Source: Gemmatimonadota bacterium
GTDB lineage: Bacteria > Gemmatimonadota > Gemmatimonadetes > Palauibacterales > KS3-K002
Length of the DNA stretch: 64,000 nucleotides
Direction: 5' to 3'
Assembly: GCA_039586795.1 (NCBI GenBank)
Contig: JBDHJS010000013.1
Span: 18,464 to 82,463 of the forward strand
Positions within the stretch are counted from its first letter, which is position 1. The number at the start of each line of letters is the position of its first letter. Positions 57,701 through 64,000 of the stretch are shown here, piece by piece. Position numbers and translations under genes: made by a program. The notes below the pieces were generated by a model. It was given only the letters and a program-made list of their open reading frames with translations. It was not told the DNA's origin and did not search any database.

Positions 57701-57982
57701 CAAGACCGGGTCTTCACCCCAATCTCCCTCGTACTGTCGTCGGAGCGCTTCGCTAGCGCCCCGCTCCCTCATGCGCAGGATATAGTCTCGCTGTGCTGGG
57801 AAGAATCGCGGGTCCGCATCCCGCGCCGCCCGATACAGCACTGTAGCGCTGTCGAGATCGAGCTCTGCTTCTCTGTCCAGCGCAGCTAGCCAGAGGGTTC
57901 TGGCCAACAAGGAATCAGCCTGCCCCGCCGTCGCGCCCAGAGCGGCGGCCAGCAAGATCGGCAAGGCTAGCGCTGTAACCAA
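54731..57982 (-). CDS. Exported TPR + CHAT (caspase/separase-like) protease
   Basis: Signal peptide, long TPR-like solenoid, IPDGPLHYLPFAAL, VHLAAHA (His), LVVLSACET (Cys), TLWPV, HPFFWAGF. Confidence 0.92.
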   Translation of the reverse strand: MVTALALPILLAAALGATAGQADSLLARTLWLAALDREAELDLDSATVLYRAARDADPRFFPAQRDYILRMRERGASEALRRQYEGDWGEDPVLACYSAWATAPYGYPEGAAGEFVAIEAEQGSTLCTSLFLANLADRLTPARIWRPQAVRFAEQAVRLAPELAEAWDRYGQVLSWANRAQDAEAALRRAIELSTHPLKRVAVYMRLAELSLERGDAAAAEAIQRAVAAAVERDGRPGLKVTYLHGLVALRAGRGRAEWEALLREEAELARDHGAWSWELRALWRLCRQLDDSGDPSSSVECHDRVVSIADSVGSAAFQLRAYVKRGRALAHLGRLAEAERDISRGIALAPPSGASFWLADAYHNLVHIYEWAGRIEEASRIADRFVDEAALLTHSPSRMMSLRDAGMTRWMAGWHAAANEEFRQMVEVIDEQEENYHWAGEYLERAGDWQAALEYYRRAIAEQEVLSETWRALARVHDRLGQPDSAEAAARAHDELQNWGPLDTPLLADVQASRMQFEEATKTLRGWVEIQTGRGNLRGTAVANTRLGEMYLDWGKADSAAAAAGRADSLADRYNYVTELIHARRLKGEALVQSGEVGKGIAMLGDAAALAEAHPTAEVLLETQLALGRAFSRDGRVAEALEAYDRSASVIEETGVGLGADLQRVEFRSRNISPFDEALKLLLSAGRDVDPEPVLFWSQRRKSAALTLAALAHGKEGQVIQPFTLAEIRHGLTGDSALLDYVIIDSLSAVIVITPHEARVLSLPVLPKRLAKLVEDLRRPLALSYGGRIDLARAPFDVQLAGELYTALLMPIEPLLPGVRRVHVIPDGPLHYLPFAALVSRAPQTEAETGTAYAQARYLIDRFELVYLPSARFLGNGQVGVHRLTPASGSVLALAGDAPGAERELAAIEAAWSAGRVVTHVGDDATETRALTTAGNYSVVHLAAHAVADAVDPLASHVRLAPDEDNDGYLHLGEIAAVRRPIGLVVLSACETSQGRLYYGEGLMGLGRAFLAAGAESVVATLWPVGAASAELMGEFHSRLASGMSPAAALRAAQLQLRRGSNTAHPFFWAGFVLVGGAESAH

Positions 57983-58695
57983 CTCTTCACGCTGTCGACC
58001 AGAGCCACAGCCTGAACGCCGATCACTCCGCCAGCCGCTGCGGCAGCTCGAAGGTCAGAAAGTGCCTCGTCGGCGCGGTTGAGTCTTAGAAATGCTTTGG
58101 CCCGATAGTAATAGGCTTCCGCCAGGTAAGGCGTCTCGCCCCGCTCGATCAAACGACCGAAGACCGGCACCGCCGCATCCGGCTCACCGTTCATCAGCCG
58201 GCTGACGGCCAGAAAGAACTCCGCAGGAACGAGGTCAGCAGCTACGGACAGTGACGCATCCAAAGTCGTCGCAGCCTGATCGTACCGTTTCTGCAAGTAG
58301 TAGCTCATTCCCAACTCGAAGAGCGAGTCGGCCGCGCCGCTCTCACCGCGGATCTCCACGCCGAGATAGACGGGCGCCTGATCTACGCCACCCAGCGCAG
58401 CCAGCCCGTCGTCGCTCGAACTCGGTCGAAGAAAGACGATGCTTGTGATCACCGCTGCGGCAGCCACCGCCGCAGCCGCCGCGATCACCGGCCAGCGACG
58501 CCGGGCCGCTGCCCGATCGATCCCCGGCAACGTCGAGCGAACGGCTGTGGCCAGGCGCAGTTCCGCCTGACAGCGGCGGCACGTCAGGTAATGCGCCTCG
58601 AACGCCTCAAGCTCATCGCCAGGCAGTGTACCGGCTACGAAGCCCTCTACGAGGTTTCGCTCGGTTACATCGTCACAGGTCAGAATACCACTCAC
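57967..58695 (-). CDS. Zinc-finger (zf-HC2) anti-sigma factor with TM helix and extracytoplasmic TPR domain
   Basis: HYLTCRRC (HxxxCxxC), TM WPVIAAAAAVAAAAVITSIVFL, TPR-like EAYYYRAKAFL. Start uncertain (GTG 58695 or TTG 58734). Confidence 0.82.
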   Translation of the reverse strand: MSGILTCDDVTERNLVEGFVAGTLPGDELEAFEAHYLTCRRCQAELRLATAVRSTLPGIDRAAARRRWPVIAAAAAVAAAAVITSIVFLRPSSSDDGLAALGGVDQAPVYLGVEIRGESGAADSLFELGMSYYLQKRYDQAATTLDASLSVAADLVPAEFFLAVSRLMNGEPDAAVPVFGRLIERGETPYLAEAYYYRAKAFLRLNRADEALSDLRAAAAAGGVIGVQAVALVDSVKSWLQR

Positions 58696-58734
58696 CTCAT
58701 CTCTCCCGCGAAGCCGACAAGCAGGCAGTCGCAA

Positions 58735-59334
58735 CTAGAGCGTCTCATCTACTTTGTCGAACTCGCCTTCCATCTGTGACCGCTCGCCGCGTCTCTCCAA
58801 GAACGCACGGCGGAGCCTCGCCAGCGCTCGCGACTTCCTCTTTCGAATCCGCGCCGCGGGCTCGCCCAACCGCTCCGCTATCTGTGCCGGCGTCAAACCC
58901 TGAAAGTAGCTGAGCCGTAGAATATCTCTGTCGCCGCTACCCAAAGCGGCCAGCGCACGACGAACGTCGGCCCGTTCGCTTTCGCTGATAAGAGATTCCA
59001 GCGGGTCGCGATCCGGGGCCGAGGCGGTCTCCGGCATGGAGCGCAACGGGACTGTGCGCGCGCTTTCACGATGAAAGTCGGCAATCACATGGCGGGCGAT
59101 CGCTGCGACGAAAGCACCCAGCTTCTCGGGTTCTCGCAGACGATTCTCGCGTAGGGCTTTGAGCGCTCGAGCGAGCGTCTCCTGAACGGCATCCTCGGCT
59201 CGGGCCGCGTCGTTCAGGGCGCGGCGAGCCATAATCTGTAGGCCCGAGCGCAGCACACACAGTTGGTCAGCGCTGATCGGACTCGGACCTTCAGAATCTG
59301 AATGGCGGGGCTCAGAATCTGCCAGGGGTGTCAC
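58735..59334 (-). CDS. ECF RNA polymerase sigma factor
   Basis: AEDAVQETL, FVAAIARH, region 4 LTPAQIAERLG..RKSRALARLR. Confidence 0.9.
   Translation of the reverse strand: MTPLADSEPRHSDSEGPSPISADQLCVLRSGLQIMARRALNDAARAEDAVQETLARALKALRENRLREPEKLGAFVAAIARHVIADFHRESARTVPLRSMPETASAPDRDPLESLISESERADVRRALAALGSGDRDILRLSYFQGLTPAQIAERLGEPAARIRKRKSRALARLRRAFLERRGERSQMEGEFDKVDETL
58751..58782 (-). promoter_or_regulatory. Putative ECF-sigma promoter, copy 2, inside the 3' end of the sigma gene and facing the anti-sigma gene
   Basis: Minus strand GGTCACA-N15-CGACAAAGT; same GTCAC-N16-CGAC spacing as copies 1 and 3. Confidence 0.6.
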
Positions 59335-59360
59335 GCAGAGATCTCTCTCCCGACAGAACT
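59328..59360 (+). promoter_or_regulatory. Putative ECF-sigma promoter, copy 3, overlapping the sigma start codon on the opposite strand
   Basis: GTGTCACG-N15-CGACAGAACT. Confidence 0.7.
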
Positions 59361-59445
59361 AGCAAAGGCACGGGGAATACTGCCCACGGCAACATGAGGC
59401 GCCGGATCAGCATAGGCAAGCTCCGGCCCGATTTGGAGGCATCCC

Positions 59446-60825
59446 ATGAATCGAACAATACGCGTCACACCGCCGATCATCTTCGCAATTCTGGTAACTG
59501 CCCTGGTCACCGCTGGCTGCAGCGAGGCGACGGACCCGACGACAGACCCGACGACAGACCCGCCACCGCCGCCCTCCAGCATTGACGTCACAGGAACCTG
59601 GATGTTTCGAGATCACGTCACGGCGACCTGGTGGACTCTGGAACTGACGCAGCACGACTTGGCTTTGACGGGGACCCATCGCAACGGTGAAAGGGAGGTG
59701 TTCAACCAGCGCCGCGAGACGATACCGGGATCAGGGGACGTGACCGGTCGGGTGTCCGGCGACAGTGTGATCCTGCTCTTCGACACCGATCAGGACGGGA
59801 CCACTGATGTGTTTCCCGCGGTCGTGTCGGAAGACGAATTGGACGGCTTTCTCTGGAATGCCAAGACAGCCCAGATCCCCTCTGTTCCCGCGAACCTGCA
59901 GGCGACCGCCATCTCGTCCACTGACATCGAGCTGAACTGGGCCTGGACCCCGAATCCCACCGACAGGAGCTATGGCGACGAGGGATTCATCGTCGAGTGG
60001 CGCTGCTGCGGAGCGTCTTTTCAAACGTTGTTCTCGGGAGACAATCGTGTACCGGCCGAGGCCAGGGAAGCCCTCGTCGAGTCTCTGCCAGCCGAAACCA
60101 CGTTTGAGTTCCGCATCAAGGCGGGGCTGACCGAGCGTTTTGGGGCACGCTGGTTCGAGTATCACTCGGAGTTCAGCAACGTGGCGGCAGCGACCACGCT
60201 CCCACCACCGGCCATCACGAGCTTGACTCCCAACAGCGGCCCGGTAGGGGCTCCTGTCCTCATCACCGGCATGCGCATCAGCCCGCTGGGCGCCCCGCCC
60301 ACGGCTACGGTGGGCAGTGTTTCCGCCACCGAGTTCATCGTTTCATACTCCGACACTTCACTAGAGCTGATGATGCCTAACGCCGGTGCGTCCGGTGATC
60401 ATCCTGTCGTCATATATGCCGGAGCCGAGTCAAACGCTCTCACCTGGACACAGTTGGGCCAACAGGATTCAGATGAACCTGCAAACGACGACCCCGACAC
60501 GGCCTCAGAAATCAGCTTACCCGCTGACCGTGTCGGTTCTTTCTTGGATGGCGACGTGTTCGACACTTTCCGACTGACGCTTAACTCCAATGCTACACTG
60601 GCTGCTCTGCTCGATTGGAACATGAACAAAGACCTCGACGTACTCGTTCTGGACTCCCAGTTCAGCGACTTCGTCTGTGGACAGCAGGGTAACACACCGA
60701 ACAAGCCCGAAGAGTTGTATTGCCCCTTGCCTGCAGGGGACTACTACATCCTCATACGAGACTACGACGCGGCTACAAGCGGGGATTTCTCGCCGGTCAG
60801 CTATCGCTTGATGGCTGAGTACTAG
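59446..60825 (+). CDS. Surface lipoprotein with fibronectin type III, IPT/TIG and PPC-like domains
   Basis: Lipobox TAGC; PANLQATAISSTDIELNW...SEFSN (FN3); ITSLTPNSGPVG (IPT); DEPAND, DLDVLV, AGDYYI (PPC). Confidence 0.8.
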   Translation: MNRTIRVTPPIIFAILVTALVTAGCSEATDPTTDPTTDPPPPPSSIDVTGTWMFRDHVTATWWTLELTQHDLALTGTHRNGEREVFNQRRETIPGSGDVTGRVSGDSVILLFDTDQDGTTDVFPAVVSEDELDGFLWNAKTAQIPSVPANLQATAISSTDIELNWAWTPNPTDRSYGDEGFIVEWRCCGASFQTLFSGDNRVPAEAREALVESLPAETTFEFRIKAGLTERFGARWFEYHSEFSNVAAATTLPPPAITSLTPNSGPVGAPVLITGMRISPLGAPPTATVGSVSATEFIVSYSDTSLELMMPNAGASGDHPVVIYAGAESNALTWTQLGQQDSDEPANDDPDTASEISLPADRVGSFLDGDVFDTFRLTLNSNATLAALLDWNMNKDLDVLVLDSQFSDFVCGQQGNTPNKPEELYCPLPAGDYYILIRDYDAATSGDFSPVSYRLMAEY

Positions 60826-60938
60826 TCAACGATCCGGGCCAGAGGCACCTGCAACTAAGCGGATGACAAGGCAGCGGCCTTGGCGGTCGCGGGCAGGGAG
60901 TGGGTTCGAGAGGAGGGTGTGCGAGTAGCGAGTCTACA

Positions 60939-60951
60939 GCACGGGGAATAC
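60939..60951 (+). repeat. 13-bp direct repeat GCACGGGGAATAC (second copy; first at 59368-59380)
   Basis: Exact match on both sides of the FN3/IPT lipoprotein gene. Confidence 0.5.
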
Positions 60952-61044
60952 CCGACACTCTGGGCCTCGAGACAACTTGTTACCTATTGTCCTGTCACCG
61001 TACCCCCTACCCTCCACCCCCTACCGGTCTTAGAATCGGGGACC

Positions 61045-62868
61045 ATGCAAACCGGCCCGGAACTCGATTTCCACGAGGAAGAAGCCCTCGGCAAGGCGTA
61101 CGATGCCCACCTGATGCGTCGCCTGCTCCGCTACCTGACCCCCTATCGGGCGAAGGTGGCGCTGGCGGTGATCATGCTCATCGCCGCTTCGGGACTGGAG
61201 TTGGTCGGGCCGTACTTGACGGCCGTCGCCATCGACCAAGCGATCCCGGCCCGCGATCTGAACCTGATCGCGGTGCTCGCTGGCATCTACGCAGCGACGC
61301 TGGTTCTGGCCATGCTGCTGAGCTACGCGCAGACGCTGCTCACTACCTGGATCGGCCAGCGCGTGATGCGCGATCTACGAAGCGAGATCTTCGCTCAGCT
61401 ACAGCGCCTGTCGCCGCGCTTTTTCGATCGCAATCCGGTGGGCCGGCTCATGACCCGGTTGACCAGCGACGTCGAGGTACTGAACGAGATGTTCACCTCG
61501 GGCGTCGTGGCGATCTTCGGCGATGTCTTCACGCTGATCTTCATCGTCGGCGTGATGCTGGCCATGGACTGGAAGCTGGCGCTGGTCTCGTTCACGGTCC
61601 TGCCTCTTGTCTGGGCCACCGCCCGCTGGTTCCGCAAGAACGTACGCCGCTCCTACCGCGACATCCGCATCAGGCTCGCCAAGATCAACGCGTTCCTCCA
61701 GGAGCGGATCACAGGGATGAGCGTTGTGCAGCTGTTCGGCCAGGAAGAACCGGAGTTCGAGAAGTTTCAGGACGTCAATTCCGACCACCTGCACGCGCAC
61801 CTGCGTTCGATTCACTACTACGCCATCTTCTGGCCGCTCATCGAGCTGATCGCCGCTGTCGCCGTCGCCCTCGTGCTCTGGTACGGCGGCCTGAATGTTC
61901 TCGAGGGCACGCTCACCGTGGGCGTGGTCGCGGCCTTCCTCCAATACGTTCGGCGCTTCTATCGACCGATCCAGGATCTGTCCGAGAAGTTCAACATCCT
62001 GCAGAACGCCATGGCCAGCTCGGAGCGCATCTTCAGGCTACTCGATTCCGAGCCCACCGTGCCGGATCCCGAGCAGCCGCGAGCGCTACCCGACGCTGTC
62101 CGCGGCGAGCTGGAGTTCCGCGACGTCTGGTTCGCGTACAACAAAGCCGGCCACAAAGACGACGGCTCCGAGCCCGACTGGGTGCTGAAGGGAATCTCGT
62201 TCAAGGCGGCGCCCGGCGAACGGCTGGCCATCGTCGGCCACACCGGCGCCGGCAAGACCACGATCATCAACCTGCTGCTCCGCTTCTACGACCCGCAAAA
62301 GGGGTCAATCCTGCTGGACGGCATCGATATCCGCGAGTTTGAGCAGCGCGACTTGCGTCGCGTCATCAAGCTGGTGCTCCAGGACGTCTATCTGTTCAGC
62401 GGCAGCGCGGCATTCAACATCAAACTCGGCAACGAAGAGATCACGGAAGACGATATGGTGGCGGCGGCGCAGCGCGTCGGCGCCGATCGCTTCATCCGCC
62501 GGTTGCCAGAAGGCTACGACCAGGCGCTGGGCGAGCGGGGTCAGAGCTTGAGCGTCGGTGAGCGACAGCTGTTGTCGTTCGCTCGGGCACTGGCGTTCGA
62601 CCCGCGCATCCTGATCCTCGACGAAGCCACCAGCTCCGTCGATTCGGAGATCGAAGCGCAGATCGAGCGTGCGCTGGAGGAGCTGATGCGCGGTCGCACG
62701 TCTTTGGTCATCGCGCATCGTCTCTCCACTGTCCAGAATGCCGACCGCATCATCGTCCTCCACCACGGTGAGCTGGTCGAACAGGGGTCTCACGAGCAGC
62801 TGCTCGAACGTGGGGAGCTGTATGCCCGATTGTATGAGTTGCAGTTCGTGGGTGAAGGCGTCGCATGA
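61045..62868 (+). CDS. ABC exporter, fused permease/ATPase (MdlB/MsbA-like)
   Basis: TM domain, GHTGAGKT, LSVGERQ, ILDEATS, IAHRLST; ATG 61045. Confidence 0.93.
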   Translation: MQTGPELDFHEEEALGKAYDAHLMRRLLRYLTPYRAKVALAVIMLIAASGLELVGPYLTAVAIDQAIPARDLNLIAVLAGIYAATLVLAMLLSYAQTLLTTWIGQRVMRDLRSEIFAQLQRLSPRFFDRNPVGRLMTRLTSDVEVLNEMFTSGVVAIFGDVFTLIFIVGVMLAMDWKLALVSFTVLPLVWATARWFRKNVRRSYRDIRIRLAKINAFLQERITGMSVVQLFGQEEPEFEKFQDVNSDHLHAHLRSIHYYAIFWPLIELIAAVAVALVLWYGGLNVLEGTLTVGVVAAFLQYVRRFYRPIQDLSEKFNILQNAMASSERIFRLLDSEPTVPDPEQPRALPDAVRGELEFRDVWFAYNKAGHKDDGSEPDWVLKGISFKAAPGERLAIVGHTGAGKTTIINLLLRFYDPQKGSILLDGIDIREFEQRDLRRVIKLVLQDVYLFSGSAAFNIKLGNEEITEDDMVAAAQRVGADRFIRRLPEGYDQALGERGQSLSVGERQLLSFARALAFDPRILILDEATSSVDSEIEAQIERALEELMRGRTSLVIAHRLSTVQNADRIIVLHHGELVEQGSHEQLLERGELYARLYELQFVGEGVA

Positions 62869-62911
62869 CATCTATGTATCAAGGACACTTAACGACAATT
62901 GGAGCCTACAA

Positions 62912-64000
62912 GTGAACCCGAACCGACTTGCGTTCGTCGCGCTGGCGATCGTTCTGACCGCCTGCTCATCCAGACAGACTTCCGATACCCCCACGCCTGC
63001 CAGTAGCGTCGCAGCCGCGACCGCCACGGCGAACGGCGAGATCAGCGCCGCCGACCTGGAGGAGCGTCTCACTGCTTTCGCCCACGACTCGATGATGGGG
63101 CGCGAGATTGGGACCGCGGGCAACACGATGGGCACCGAGTACATCGCTGACCAAGTCGCGCGCATGGGGCTCGAGCCGGCGGGCGATGATGGCACCTTTT
63201 TCCAGACCTTGCCGATGGTCGAGCGCCGGCCGGAGGGCAGCATCACCATCGCCGGCACAGAACTGGAGATGGGGGTCGACTTCGTGCCAATCCCGCGGCT
63301 CGGTTCCTTTCTTCCGTTCAGCACGAAGGGCTCGATCGACGGGAAAGGGGTGATCTACGGCGGCCCGGCCTCCGATGCCCCCGCCCTCACCGCTGACGAC
63401 GTGGTCAATCGCCAGGCGCTTCAGACCTACCTGTCGGCGGCGGGTGTGGCCATAACGGCGCTGGAGATGCTGCCGCCCGGCTGGGCGGACTTCATGATGC
63501 AGTCGCGCACGGTGATGTCTGGCGGCGATACCCCAGAAGGAACGCTCGGGTTGTTCGTCAGTCGGGATGTGGCGGAGCAATTGATCGGCGCGCCACTCGC
63601 CGATGCCGCTGTGGGGGCGATGGGCACGACGATCGAGGGGACGGTGACCTTCGTCGAGGAGCCGGCCCGCTACCCGGCGCGGAACGTGGTGGGCATCGTC
63701 CGCGGGAGCGATCCCGAGCTTAGGAACGAGTACGTGGCCATCGGCTCCCACAATGACCACGTGGGCACGTCCGGAACGCCTGTGGACCATGACTCGTTGT
63801 GGGCGTTCCTCAACGTGGTTCGACCGATGGGCGCCGAGAGCCCGAACCGGCAGGCGACCACCGAAGAGGCGACGCGCATCCAGGCGATCATCGACAGCTT
63901 GCGGGCGATCCGTCCAGCCCGCGTCGACTCCATTTTCAACGGCGCCGACGATGACGGCTCCGGTTCCATCGCCATGCTTGAGATCGCCGAGGCCTTCGCC
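62912..64000 (+). CDS. M28 family peptidase lipoprotein, 3' end outside the window
   Basis: Absent from the ORF track. GTG 62912 with GGAG RBS; lipobox LTAC; HDSMMGRE, NVVGIVRGSDP, IGSHNDHVG, NGADDDGSG. Confidence 0.85.
   Translation, partial: MNPNRLAFVALAIVLTACSSRQTSDTPTPASSVAAATATANGEISAADLEERLTAFAHDSMMGREIGTAGNTMGTEYIADQVARMGLEPAGDDGTFFQTLPMVERRPEGSITIAGTELEMGVDFVPIPRLGSFLPFSTKGSIDGKGVIYGGPASDAPALTADDVVNRQALQTYLSAAGVAITALEMLPPGWADFMMQSRTVMSGGDTPEGTLGLFVSRDVAEQLIGAPLADAAVGAMGTTIEGTVTFVEEPARYPARNVVGIVRGSDPELRNEYVAIGSHNDHVGTSGTPVDHDSLWAFLNVVRPMGAESPNRQATTEEATRIQAIIDSLRAIRPARVDSIFNGADDDGSGSIAMLEIAEAFA

Noticed and set aside
54731..59334. Type III-E CRISPR (Craspase) locus
   Set aside because: No Cas7-11, Csx30/Csx31-like genes or CRISPR array in the window, and this CHAT has a signal peptide.
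59533..59562. 12-bp tandem repeat GACCCGACGACA as a phase-variation tract
   Set aside because: In-frame, only 2.5 copies, encoding an ordinary DPTT/Pro linker after the lipobox.

Overview
High-GC bacterial chromosomal window; the gene content is consistent with a Gemmatimonadota-like organism (inference). The left 15 kb lies downstream of a stand-alone tRNA-Ile(GAT) on the minus strand and looks accessory. It holds a 2-kb integrase-less islet (arylsulfatase) bounded by a 47-bp duplication of the tRNA 3' half, a class C beta-lactamase-like hydrolase, a DUF1846 protein and a degenerate sulfatase. It also holds a compact cluster of two paralogous alkaline-phosphatase-superfamily enzymes, a sulfotransferase, a ribbon-helix-helix microprotein with an 'LxxLGY' tail, and a DUF106/Oxa1-like membrane protein. 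The middle is mostly core genes: dnaE, accA, ricT-like, metG, capA-like, flotillin/NfeD, M23, a ChdC/HemQ-Rieske fusion, fadJ-like, DsbA/VKOR, a sigma-70 factor, a diguanylate cyclase, gyrA and uvrA. These genes are punctuated by at least seven intergenic palindromes built from degenerate 7-nt units, with a mirror-image G/C skew in the flanking codons. The right end carries an ECF sigma / zinc anti-sigma / exported TPR-CHAT (caspase-like) protease module. One bipartite motif, GTCAC-N16-CGAC, precedes both flanking lipoprotein genes and the anti-sigma-CHAT genes, which suggests a self-contained regulon. All calls were made by eye from motifs; no database searches were run.
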